A stretch of 63,526 nt of DNA, filler included, from Reticulomyxa filosa (lineage: Eukaryota; Protista; Foraminifera): NCBI GenBank assembly GCA_000512085.1. It is 24 parts of 24 records of this genome, joined end to end, with 100 filler letters (N's around TTAATTAATTAA, not from the genome) between each part and the next. Parts side by side here need not be neighbours in the genome. Positions count along the whole stretch, not along the records: positions 1 to 4,773 come from ASPP01006725.1; positions 4,874 to 6,568 come from ASPP01007950.1; positions 6,669 to 14,192 come from ASPP01008794.1; 21 more parts are not named here. One strand, written 5' to 3'. A program made the position numbers and the translations under genes. Positions within the stretch are counted from its first letter, which is position 1; every line of letters starts with the position of its first letter. Of this stretch, positions 1-12,092 are shown piece by piece. A model generated the notes under the pieces. It saw nothing but the letters and a program-made list of their open reading frames with translations. It was not told the DNA's origin and did no database searches.

Positions 1-53
1 TAATTCGTTTTCTGATTGGGTGAAATTTTTTTTTTTTTGTTTTACACTTAAAC

Positions 54-861
54 CAGGAATTACAATATCGACAATGTTTGGTGCGCCGTGTTTGCCAGAT
101 ATGACAGATGTCTATTGTATCGCATTTGACATTGGATATACGCAATGTCAACAAAGAATAATATTAAATACACCAAAACTGACCACAATATTTGGTGCCA
201 TCACTTCGAACACGAACCTCAGGAACGGGTAAATTATCTTTCGGCAAGTATCCAGGATCAGTGAAAGAGGCTCTCCATAAAAAGAAAAGACAAAGAATGA
301 GCAACAAAAAGTTGGGCAGGTGGAAATAATAAAGCGAAAGAGCACGTCCGACTTCGACAACATACAAAACAAAAGGGAGGACGAGCAAGCAATTGGTCCC
401 AACTGTCCAATACCAATCCTTTCCACACATGATCCGCCCATTGCAAAGGAAGGAATTGCGACTGGTGCGTGTCCATTCCCTCCAATCAACTGTGAGAGGT
501 TGGTATTCCATTGTGACATTATCGTCATCATCCTCGACGTTTTTCATAGTGGAGTCGGACAGCAGCTTTTCAATGCTATTTTTATTGTAGACAACACTCT
601 TGCGATTGCTCGTGCCATTTTTTGCCACTTCCCTATTGTTATTGTTATTATTGTTGTTGTTGTTACTATTGTTATTGCTATTTTTTTTATTGTTGGTTAT
701 GTCGTTCCAATTTTTATTTAGCGCGTTCTCCAACACCAACGTAGGCTGCATACTTGGAGGCGGAGAAAGGTGTTCACTTACGCTTAAGCTCGCACTGATT
801 GTCACTCCAAGGCCGGAGCTGCCTTTTCGGATTGATTCCTTGTGATTTGGTTCAGTATTAC

Positions 862-945
<84 letters not shown>

Positions 946-1831
946 GATTGTTCATGATTACATCGACGACATCACTGTTAATCGGTTTAGACTCGTCACT
1001 TTCACGCTGATTCTTGTTGGCGTGTTCGGTCGTGCCATTGTTATCCCCTGATCCAGTCCAAGACGAAGATACTTGTGGGGACGCTGTGCTCGATTTTTTT
1101 TTTCTCGATGACAAAGACGACGATAATGATGACGATGTAGTATGGACTGTGGTTTTGTCCAGTCCCGACCATGATGGCAATGATGATGATGATGACGACG
1201 CGGACATTTTCGACTTATCCGCTTCTGCTGCTGTGGTTGTGGTTATAGTGTTGGAACCAACAGATATATGATGTTTCTGACTTGAGACGGAAGACACACT
1301 CAATGTGGTGTCATCGAGGGATGGATGACCATGGATCGATTGGTAATCCACTGTCGATGCAATGTTTTGTGCAATGTGCAACGGAAATACTTCATATTTA
1401 TCACCTTCCAATTGTTGCAAAAATTGAAAGTCGGGCTTTCGCAGGTCGTAGAACGTGTTCTTCTCACGTCTTGATGACCGCTCCTCCGTATAGTACTTAT
1501 GTCCGTCCAGGCCTGTGTCCTCGCACGTACTATGCTTGATGTAATGTGTTGGCAGAGTAAATTTCTTGCGATTCGTCGATATGGGATGCCAGGGATTTTT
1601 CGACTTTATTGGTAGGTCACAACGAAATTCCGTCACTTCTGGCACCTCGATCATCACTTGTCGCGATAAACACTTTGACACTTGATGCTTTTGAATCTTG
1701 TCATCTTTTATCAGCAACGTCTCCAACTCGCAATTCTCCGTGTCACAAGCGGCGTCTGTGTCAATTATCCACAGACGTTCACGGGTCGCTCGCTCAATAT
1801 CTCGTTGTTGAAGGCCTTTCTTTCTGCTCAT
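54..1831 (-). CDS. DHHC-type palmitoyltransferase (ERF2/ZDHHC9-like), 3'-partial, with long low-complexity N-terminal extension
   Basis: Contains 'RNSFLCNGRIMCG', two TM segments and 'FTDPGYLP'. Removing GT-AG intron 183..112 gives KYCDICHIWQTRRTKHCRYCNSC, the start of the DHHC Cys-rich domain. The next intron begins at 53 and runs off the contig. Confidence 0.88.
863..940. repeat. (ATT)n microsatellite encoding poly-Asn in the DHHC gene
   Basis: Perfect trinucleotide run, in frame on the minus strand. Confidence 0.95.
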
Positions 1832-2646
1832 TTGCTAAATAATGTTCTAATGTTTTTTTTTAATTAAAGGTAAAACGGTTTCTTTTTCAAAAGTCTGTAA
1901 CTTCTTTGGTTCGACAGTCAACTCTTTCTCCCGTTTCTATTTGATCATTGTTTATTTTGGTAATGAAACTTGTTCAGCAAAAATAAATTGAGTTATTATT
2001 CAAACAAAGAATATCAAAAATGAACCTTATGTTAAAGCAATACAAAATAACAAATACGCTTTTTTTATTTTCATTTTTAGAAATAGGTATTCAAAGAAAA
2101 AAACAAAGTTTTTGCTTGTGTCGATGATTTATTTTCCCTTAAAAAAAGAAAACAAAGTAATAATATTCTTTCATGTGAGTATTGAACTACTTTTTTTTTG
2201 GGAGAAGTTATATACCCATTTGCTTCTCACATTGATATATTCAATGAAAAACGAAGAGATCACACACACTCAGGCAAGAAAGATGACAAAAAAAAAATGT
2301 CATTTGCCTTTTTCTTTCCCCTCCCCTCCATTGACCATCTTAATTTTCGTCCCCCCTGCAAAGTGTATCACTTATTTTCAACAAATCGATATTTGAATCC
2401 AAATTTATACACCACGGAGGGGAAAACCCATTTTTTTTTTCCCTTTCTCCAAACAACATTTTTGTTACTTTTTAATTTTTTTTAATTTTTTGTTTTTTGT
2501 TTATTAAAAGAATATGTCAAAATAAAACAATTCACCTGTTATTTTTGCAAGAGGAAGGGAAAAAAAAAGGAAAAACTAGGAAACAAAAATGAAATAAAAT
2601 GATTTCGATTCCGTTTCTACCAATCAAAGTTTCATTTTGCATTTTC

Positions 2647-2976
2647 TCACAAACTATTCGAATTCACACATTTTTTTTTGGATTACAAAAAAAAGCAATG
2701 TCAAAAGCAACGGCAAAAACACACAGCCAAAACGATGGAACAAAAATCAAATTATGTTGTTTTTTTTGCGTACATGATACATTTGCAGCAACAACCATTG
2801 TTTGACCGATACGGACCCTCATCATCGAGGAGAGGGTCACTATTCATCATTATGTGTTCCATTATTTGTTGTGCTGCTATTTCAGGATTTTCTGCAGCTT
2901 CTAACAATTCCAGCTCACGGACTAGTTCTTTGCGCTCTTGTTCGACTTTCTCCAGATTTGATTGCTGTATAGACAT
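2647..2976 (-). CDS. Heterotrimeric G-protein gamma subunit (GGL domain), two exons, ending ...CCCKCIIL
   Basis: About 70 aa with an N-terminal coiled coil and 'DPLL...GPY'. GT-AG intron 2773..2654 plus a 7-nt last coding exon (T TTG TGA) creates the CaaX box CIIL. Confidence 0.8.
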
Positions 2977-3690
2977 TCAGACTATTTATTTGGTTTGAAT
3001 TTGGGCTTGGTTTTAGTTTTGGCTTTTTTTTTCTGATCTTCTTGTTATTGTGTTTGACTTTCAGTGTTTCTTAATATCCACTTGACGACGTATCAGAATT
3101 GACACAATCAGAAAAATGAGATTTGATCCTTCACAGTTAAAAAAAACAAATGGTCCCTGTTAAATTGGGATGGCTAAGTTTTTAAAAAACAGGTTTCCCT
3201 CCCCCCTTTTAAGAGATTGACAGCCGTACTAAAAAAAAAAATGCGTTTGCGTGTACTCGAAAACGTACTTCGCTGTTTGCAAAAAAATTTTTTTTTAGCT
3301 ATATCCTAAATCGAAAACATTAATAATTTACTCTATATTCAATATCTCGAGGCCTTTGGACAAGGCAATTTATGTCAATAAGTTTGATTGAAGACAAAAC
3401 TTTTTGCCTTTCTTTGGTCTTGCAATATACTTGTGTACAAAAAACGAAAAACTAGCCAAAGTAGTTTGGAACATCGCCTCATTTTTTTCACAATGTTAGC
3501 AACAAACAAATTGTCATCCAGATACCATCTAAAAATGCGGAAAAAATACTAGCAATTATTTTTTGCAGGCACGCATAGTACTAAAGAGAAAAAAAAGCTG
3601 ACAGCGTTAGGACTAAAACAAGGAAAGGCAAGTTTTCTTTACATAAGTTCAACAAGTGAGAAGGATTAAGTCTACCAAGCAACCCAGAAG

Positions 3691-4773
3691 ATGTCAAAAT
3701 ATTGGGCGAATTTTTTCATTTTTTTGCTGTGGGTGGCCTTAATATTGTTGGATTGCTTGCTGTCAATTTATGGATGTTTATGGGACTTGTTTGTGTACAG
3801 TCCCTACCAGTATTTGAAGTTTAAACAGCGCAAGAAAGAAGGCAACCGACCCGTGCGCATAGTAATCGCGGGATATTCGTTTGCAGGCCACACGCTGCAC
3901 TACTCTTTGCTGCCTCATGCAATGAAGTACAACCTACAATTTGTAATAATCGAGCCAAAGTCGTATTTGGAGTTTACCCCCAATATTATCGAATGCGTCG
4001 ATTATCCGAGCTATTTCAGGCGTATTTCAGCATCTATTCCACAATGTTTTATCCAGCATAGGTACTACTTTGATCACAAAGAGGAGAGGAGGGAAGGGGG
4101 GGGGGGGGTTTATTTGTTAAAAAAGAGCCTTTTTTTTTTTTCATAAAAAAAAAATGCAACATGAAAAGATCGCAATATTTGCAAGGATACTTAACAGCAA
4201 TCGACCCAAAGAAAAAAGTAGTGACGATAGTGTCGGACAATAAGACAGCAAAGACAACATCGATGACATTGGAATACGACTACTTGTGCCTATGCACGGG
4301 ATCGTCATACCCGTTTCCCATCAAAACGCTGTCGCTATCCAGAAAGGACGACACGATGAGCAATCGAACGGAGCAGTTGGAAATGCAGTATAAAAAGCGC
4401 GTGGCTGACGAGACAAACCCACACTTTGTGATATTGGGAGGGAGCGCCGTGGGCGTGGAGCTGGCCGGTGAGTTGATCGACCACTACAACAATGAGTTGC
4501 ATCGACCCATCCATCTCACCATCCTCGACGGCAGCTCTGCGCTGTGTGCAGCATTCCCACGCAAGTCACAGCGCTATCTCGCTCGCTTCTTTGAACAGGC
4601 CAAACAAACCATGAAAGGAAATGATATCACAGTCCGTCTAAAAACGAGAGTGGACCTCGCCAAGTTGTCAGGACATCCTCAACCATCCACGTCACAGTCG
4701 AAGAAGAGTAATAGCAATGATAATGATAATGATAATAATAATGATAATGATAATAATAATGATAATGATAATA
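3691..4773 (+). CDS. FSP1/AIFM2-like FAD-dependent pyridine nucleotide oxidoreductase, 3'-partial
   Basis: Motifs 'IVIAGYSFAG', 'YDYLCLCTGSSYPFP' and 'ILGGSAVGVELAGE'. GT-AG intron 4062..4168 joins ORFs 3691 and 4161 in frame. Hydrophobic N-terminus. Confidence 0.82.
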
Positions 4774-4873
4774 NNNNNNNNNNNNNNNNNNNNNNNNNNN
4801 NNNNNNNNNNNNNNNNNTTAATTAATTAANNNNNNNNNNNNNNNNNNNNNNNNNNNNNNNNNNNNNNNNNNNN
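4774..4873. other. Artificial contig spacer N44-TTAATTAATTAA-N44, first of 23 (others start at 6569, 14193, 16143, 17249, 22207, 25763, 30077, 33725, 35320, 40249, 43437, 44728, 48787, 50893, 53101, 54365, 55585, 56792, 58457, 60100, 61268, 62368)
   Basis: Identical 100-bp unit with stop codons in all six frames. Flanking genes are truncated and unrelated. Confidence 0.98.
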
Positions 4874-4909
<36 letters not shown>

Positions 4910-4926
4910 GGGGTAAAAAACCAAAC

Positions 4927-5579
4927 TTGGTTCCAGCGACCAGGGTTCAAAGTAACGATCCATTTTGTTGAATACGAAATGCTCCTTGCTCAATGAATCC
5001 TCCCAACAATCCAGAACAGCCTGGTCCTCCGTTGGTCCCTACGCCATTGTGTTTTTCAAAAAGGTACAAACGAATCAAGTCACAAAAGCTTATAACAAAG
5101 ACACAGCAACGTATAGATCACATACACAGAAAGACAGGGGCTTTTTGGGCGGTGCTGTCTGTGGTTTGAAAGTAATAAAAAATGGATTTGTTGGTCTGAG
5201 GAAGATCGATATAGCCCGCAAATTGTTGAAAGCTGACTGAAGGTTGTCCTGGCAAGCTTGTCACTTGGTCTTTCAATTGTTGTTGAGTTAAACCCGTAAA
5301 GGTTCCGGCCAAACATACACCGCAAAGGGTGGCTATGTATATATGTATATACATATATATGTATATGTAGGTATGTTTATATATATTTCTTTTTTTATGT
5401 TTATATTTTTTTTTTTTTTTTTGTTTTTGATTTACAAAAAAGTGGGCGTCACCAACATTCGAAAGTGTTGCGCCCGTGAGTCTTCCCTGTCTTCTTGTCA
5501 ATATATCCCTTGGCCCAACAACCAGACAAACAACCGGACAAACACAGGCTCACAACTTACCGAGGAAATAGTGCAACAT
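4927..5579 (-). CDS. Serine carboxypeptidase (S10 family), 5' part
   Basis: Spliced signal peptide MLHYFL|ATLCGVCLA, then 'DQVTSLPGQP..FQQFAGYI' and 'PVFL|WTNGGPGCSGLLGGFIEQGAF'. An apparent 1-nt deletion near 4954 precedes 'LNPGRWNQ'. Confidence 0.88.
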
Positions 5580-7030
5580 CACACTTTAACACGGGGCGAG
5601 CAGTGAAAAGCGGGGAAAAATTTATTGAAAGTTTGTTTCAAAAACAAAAAGCTTTGGTTTTCGCCTTTCCTCAAACGAACTGTCCTTTTACACTACTGAC
5701 CGTTAAGCAGATTCAAGCGATGTTGAATAGAAGGTGTGCAAGATTTGTTGTTATTGTAGAAAGTGACAAATTGAAAAAAAAAGAAAAAAAAAATTTGAAA
5801 TAACAATTTTTGGAGTCATAGCTTCAGCACTAAAAAAATAAACAATTATTTGTCCAGCGGACAAATGCGATCAATAGTAAGTAAATTAATAAATATCTAT
5901 TTTTTATATTTAATTTGTTTAAATAAAAAAATAGTGTTGAGAACGATGCAGGCAGCAAAAATAACAAGCTCCATTAACAAAAAAACAGAATAATTTGAAT
6001 TTAAATTTGAGGAGTTAATTTTGATAAAAGTTCCTTGACGCACTTTCCAAAAGGATATTTGACTCAATGCGCATTTAACTGCTCAAAAACACAAATCGTT
6101 TGTTCAATCACAAAAAAAAAATTTGTAGAAATAATATATTTTGCTTTAAATTATGTTAATTGACTGTTTTTTTTATTGTTTTTTCTATTTTTCTGACAAA
6201 CAAATATTTTTGGATTACTTATTTTGTTTGATATTGAGATGGCCCCCTTTGGGTAATGGCTGAAAGTAAGTGCACTGGAAATTTTGATACTTCGCACAGA
6301 AAATAAAGGATATATGTGTATTGGTGGTTTGTGATTTTTGACGTGGAAGAAGAGTTTAAAGTTAAATTTTAAAAACTTCCACAAGTTGGTGATATCAATC
6401 AAGAAAATAAAGACATTGCTCAAGATATGATCAATTGAAGAAGATAGCAGCAAACAGTTTTTGCAGTGGTGCAAATTACGCACGCAGTCATGGTTGGATG
6501 AAAAAAAAATATTATGCGAAATATGGCCCATCATGACTGCATTGGACGTATCCAAGCTGATAAAAAAANNNNNNNNNNNNNNNNNNNNNNNNNNNNNNNN
6601 NNNNNNNNNNNNTTAATTAATTAANNNNNNNNNNNNNNNNNNNNNNNNNNNNNNNNNNNNNNNNNNNNATGAATCTACTACAAACGCTTGTAATTTTATC
6701 TGTGAAAAAAATCTACACATCCTGGTGAATAAAAAAAATGTATTTGATTTTTAATAAATTGCGAATCGCTTTTTTTTTTTTCATTGTTTGAAAGTTTTGA
6801 CAAAAATCAAAGTTTTGTTCATGTATAAAAAGTTAAGAACATTACTCGTTTTATTTTGTGTTTTTCTACATATTGTTTAAAAAAATTTCGAAAAAAAAAT
6901 GTTAATTTTTAATGAATAGAAATTGCAAGTATTTTGTAGTAGGTTTATTTCAGTGAGATTTTTGTATACGTATTACAATAGATATGTATATGTAATGTTG
7001 TTCACACTCGATGATGACAAAATAGATTAG

Positions 7031-9210
7031 ATCATCTGTTTGGCACCAAGTTCGACCTCGACAATGGCAGCTGCACTGACGGAGTGTGGATGTCCGTGAG
7101 AATTGTGCAAGACGTATTATACGTGCTGTTGGACTTTGAGGGACTGTGTTCGTTTGAACGGAGCCAGGAGGACGTCTTTCTCAGCGTGTTTAATGCGTCC
7201 ATGTCGAATTGCACCATTTTTGAGTGTGAGAATGGACTCGACAAAGTAACGGAAGTTTTTCAGGTGCTTCAAAGGGGAGTGGGTCTCATCAAAGGGTCGG
7301 ACAAATGCTTCCAAGGGGGACTATTGTTGGTGATCAAAGACGTTGTCAAAAGTAAAAAAAAGGAGCAAGCCATTGCAAACTTAGTTCGACATATCAAAGC
7401 GTATTGTGACGCAAGCAACATCGAAGCGAATGGGGAAAATATGGAGTCCGACTCATTCTTGACACAAATGTACAAAGGCTCGGTGCGGATCGAAACTTAT
7501 CCACCACTTGCCAACAAAAATTTTTTCCGAAATCTGGCTCTGTTTCGCAAAGATGTGGATGACGTCCCTGCAGTGCATCGTGGTGGTCGGCAGTTCCTGT
7601 CCCACATGAAACTGGTGATGAGCAAGCTAAGTGTGCAAGACTGGAGATCCCTCTCTGGTGAAACGGTAAAAATGCAAATTGACGAATTGAAAGACTATAT
7701 CAATGCAGCTGTGAAAGCAGGTACGTTGCCCACGTTGGACGGATCAAAAGCGAGTCCCGGTTCGATTAATCATAGAGCGATCTTAATGAAGGCGATGGAA
7801 AAAGCAGCAGAAAGGAATGCAAATGCAATTGAGCTAATCCAAAAAGAAAATCTGGAAGTGAAATTGCTGAAAGCATTAAGCAATGTAGGTGATGAAGGAT
7901 TGATACTGGGGTCAGTCCCGTCACAAAAATATTTGTGGGTTCAGTTTGAAGCCGTTGTAATGAAACGAAGTCACGACAACTGGAAACATTGCGTGCACGT
8001 GTTTCAGTTGTGGTTAGACACGATTCACTTGCGAAGAGAAATGCGAGTGCTACAGTGGCTGCAAATCAACACAAGCAGCATCATCACCTCAAAAGACGAG
8101 CAAGATATCGTATCCAGTTTTGTGATGGAATGCCAGATCAGACTGCAACAGACAAAAGAAGCTATGTTACTTTGCAAGCAGCGATGCGACACGTGCAATT
8201 ACTCGTGCATGTTGCACAAAGGACACGAGCAAGACGCAAAGCACGCTCGACATGACTGTTGGAACGAACAAGATGGCCACAAATGTGGAGTGATATGCGA
8301 CTATTGTCGTCAAAATATCGACAAAGATAAAAGCAAAGACAAAAAGAATGGTACATCAGAAGCGCTGCCTTGCGGTCTTGTATGTGGACACGAAGGTCAG
8401 CATGACTGCATGGCACGCAACCATTGTTGCGGCCAACCCTGCAGCTTGCTTCATTTGGGCAATTGCCAAGGGTATTGCACTTTAGAGCCACTGCACTCCA
8501 ATTCATTGCGGAGCCACATGTGCACAGCCAAAGTGCATTATTGTGGGCAGCCCTGCTCACTTCCAGGTTGCAAAGACAAGTGCATCGAAGACCACTCTGT
8601 CCCACATCGCAGACATTGGTGTGGAGAGCGACGTTGTCCCGGCAAATGCCAAGTCAAGTGTCGATCTAACGACACCGGCGAAGTGGCGTTTTGTGGTGCT
8701 CAATGTCACTCCGAAGATCACTTTCACAATTGTATTTCTCAACAAAACATTGCAATTAAACACTACAGTGATGAAGAAAGACACATTTGTTGTAATGACC
8801 ATTTATGTCCGGAATATTGTACATCGCAAGGTATTTGCGAGATTGTTGCTACTAGCACGCTCCAAAACCAGCCTCGTGATGCATGTGGCAAAGAAAATGT
8901 AGCCACTTTCCAATACGAAGGCCAGCGGAAATTCTGTGCGATTCGCATACCCTCATTTCAATTTCGACACTCCAACAGCAAGGATCATGTATGTTACACA
9001 CCTCATGTGTGTGACAAACTCAATTGCAAACATGTTTTAGATGATCCTACGCACTCTTGCACTACTGCATGCGGATGCACGCACTTCCGCAAACAACATC
9101 ACTGTGATATCAAATGTCCGTCATGCGGTTATTTTTGTGAGCGTCCTTATGGCCATCCTGAAGCTATTTTTTTTTTTTTTTCCTTCTGCTCAATCTATTT
9201 CTTGGAAGAC

Positions 9211-9256
<46 letters not shown>

Positions 9257-9620
9257 TTTGTAACAATAGGATTTGCACAAGACATCTCATGGCAATATAC
9301 GTATTTCTCACTTTGTGACTAATAAAACGAATGAAAGTGAAGACACTAAAGAAAGCCAACACAATGCAGTGCTCGCAAGTAGCAATGCTGAAATGTGCAA
9401 CATTTCTTGCGATCGGATTGGAGTGGGGCATATCCATTTGCAACCTTGTCCATATAACGCCAAACAGCAGTCCGATTGCATCGAAAGAGATGGAAGGAGA
9501 CACGAAACGACCGTGTATGGACCCGATCCAAGTCAACATAAAGACGAACTCTCACACAAAGCATATTGGGAGCAAATACGATTTGTCGATCCTTGTGGGA
9601 CTCAACAGCAAAAAGTATAA
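7031..9620 (+). CDS. Large GBP/atlastin-like P-loop GTPase-domain protein with long Cys/His-rich (NF-X1-like) zinc-finger array, partial at both ends
   Basis: Motifs 'HLFGTKF...SCTDGVW' (G2-like), 'LLDFEG' (G3-like) and 'VIKDV' (G4-like), a helical region, then dense C/H repeats from ~8170. Intron 9163..9269. No G1 (Walker A) exon was found on the contig. Confidence 0.68.
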
Positions 9621-9763
9621 ATGTGTACTTTGTGACTATATGATTGATTGTTCAAAAAAAAAATATTGTTTTCATTCTTATTTTGTAAAATTAAACTATT
9701 GTTCGCATAAACATCAATTGGCATGCATGTAGCTCCAGTTTAGTCTCAACTAAAATTTTCTTG

Positions 9764-9978
9764 TTTGTGACGTCTGCTGATAGTATTGGTGCACTAACTG
9801 TAATACGATATGTGTTTACTAAGAAGAGAATAGGGATTTCGTAAAACGAAAGTAATTTAAATAATAAAACAAGATAACAAAAGAAAAGTAAGAAAGTAAG
9901 AAGTAAGTTTGTTGAAGAAGTTCAACATACTGCCGTTCCCTTGACTTTCGGATACTTATAATATGTACTTGCCCTACA
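9764..9978 (+). repeat. Left arm of long imperfect inverted repeat (pairs with 12093..12323)
   Basis: gacgtctgctgatagtattggtgcactaactgtaatacgatatgtgtttact...gccctaca matches the reverse complement of the right arm, with scattered substitutions and small indels. Confidence 0.9.
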
Positions 9979-10508
9979 CTTGTAATTTTCAGATACATTG
10001 AAATATATGATCATCTTGTTTTAACGCAAATTTTGACAAAAAGATTTAGCATTAAAAAAGTCAAAAACTAGAAAAGTGAACAAAGATAACCCTTGCCGAA
10101 AATTCAAACATGAAAGTTAATATTCAGTTAATGCTGTCAAGTCAGTGTCTAAATACTGAATTTATCTTTACAAAACACTATTTTTAGTTGTTTTAATCTT
10201 AGAACAATGTGTTGCAGTTTGAAATGATAAAAGGATTGTGTAAATACATTGCAATCTCTTGCTGCAATTTACAAACAAAAATATTAAATGGCAGTAACAA
10301 ACTGTTAATGGCTCTTATATTATCTCAATCAACAAAAATAATTACTTATCAGTATATTTCTTTGCAGTTTTTTTTTTTGTTCCCGTTAAGGGAGCAAGAA
10401 AAAAACTAGTGAGGAAAGATTATTTATTTATGTTTTTAAGCAATCGTGCATATCAAGACCTCCCTTGAAAAAAAGGATAACAATATCGCTAAAAAAAATG
10501 CCACATGA

Positions 10509-11084
10509 CGTGATAAGCCCGGACTCAACCACAACGGCGACGCTGGGAAGGGACGAAAGAAGTGGAGAAGAAGGAACGAGAACAGCAAAAAAGGACGAAG
10601 GGATGCAAGCAAGGAAAGCGGAGCATCGGAAGGGAAAGGGAAAAAAAGGACGAAAAGCAAGGAGATCATATGGAAGACACTGAAAGATTACAAACGAACG
10701 TGCAACGAAAGCGGAGAAAAGAACCAAAGTAAAAGAGAACGCGAATCCCCGTCGCGAGTGCCATTGGGGACCAATCATTCCTCGAGTTGTCTAAGTGGTC
10801 CCAACAATCCGAAAACGATATTGCGTAAACAAAGACAAGAGCACGACGGTCAATGCATTCATCCTGTTGCCATTGCTGGCAATAACTCAACCAACAACAA
10901 TAGTAATAATAATAATAACATTGGTCTTGCGTGCCATTCCCAACGACCGAGGGTCACTTTTGATGACAACGTTACTGTGTTCATCATACCTTATTGTAAT
11001 CACATGGACGAGTGCTTGGATGACGAAGAAGATACCACCGCTTTGGTCCCGGAAACTTCTGGGAAATGTTGTCTCATTCAATGA
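10509..11084 (+). CDS. Hypothetical basic protein with PP1-docking motifs (KTILRK; RPRVTFDDNVTVF) and C-terminal CaaX (CCLIQ); start codon unresolved
   Basis: The frame of ORF 10758..11084 is open back to 10509 with no ATG in its upstream part. Motifs were read directly from the translation. Confidence 0.55.
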   Translation, partial: RDKPGLNHNGDAGKGRKKWRRRNENSKKGRRDASKESGASEGKGKKRTKSKEIIWKTLKDYKRTCNESGEKNQSKRERESPSRVPLGTNHSSSCLSGPNNPKTILRKQRQEHDGQCIHPVAIAGNNSTNNNSNNNNNIGLACHSQRPRVTFDDNVTVFIIPYCNHMDECLDDEEDTTALVPETSGKCCLIQ

Positions 11085-12092
11085 ACATTTTTATTTTACA
11101 AAAAAAAAAAAAAAAAGGAGGAATATATATGTACACTTCCTTTTAACAATAAAGTCAACGTTTGGTAGAAATTCTTTTCCCTCCTTTTTTTTTTTTTTTT
11201 ACTAAACATCGACAAGTGGAATGATATTGTTTTCAACTTGTTGTGTTTCATTGTTTGTGTTATGTTTTACACTTTTTTTTGTGTTGCAAATCCTTTTTGT
11301 TTTCTTATTTTACCTTTTTTATTTTCATATTTATTGATTTTGTCATATGAAAAGTGTTGTTTATTTGTGGATTTTTTTCAATTTTTTTAACTTGCAAAGC
11401 AATTTGAAAGAAATGTGGTTCAAGCCTCTTCGACAACACATTCATTTTTTTTACTAATATGCCAAGAGTATGAAAGAAACACACGAGGTCTTGGGCTTAT
11501 TCGCTTCAAACTTTTGTTGGATGTCCCCTTGCAAGTTAAGGTCTGGATTTTGTATAATGAACCAGTGGCGTGTTTCCACTTTACAATGTACGTGTTTTCT
11601 TGTTTTTTAAATGTCATTACAAGGATAGCTACCAGAGAACTCTTCAGTATAAATAGATTTAACTTAATTCGATGAATAATTATATCGTGTATTAAGCGAA
11701 GGAAATATATGCATATGTTCAGTATTTGTAAAAGACATGTGATAGGACACAAGTATTGAATTGCTGTGATAACAACAATAAGAGCAGTTCACGATTTATT
11801 GTACATTTGCAGATATTGAATTCATAATTTTGAAAAATTATATAGTCTTTGGGTCTCGAAAACTATCCCAAAAAAAGGATACTTTGAACAAAAAAATCTC
11901 GTTCAGTGGTTCAATATCTATCAAAATTCACAAAACCAAATTACGATTTTTTTTTAATTACCAGTTTAAAAAAATAAATAACACAGTCAAATATCAAACG
12001 AATGAAACGCTGGAAATTTGTATGAATGACTCGAGAACTAAACAAAGATTTGCATGAGAAATTAAGGTTTGAAAAGATTATGTGGTGATATT

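Noticed and set aside
54-2976. DHHC and G-gamma adjacency as an enzyme-substrate cluster
   Set aside because: It is a single adjacency in a eukaryote, with no evidence of conservation or co-regulation.
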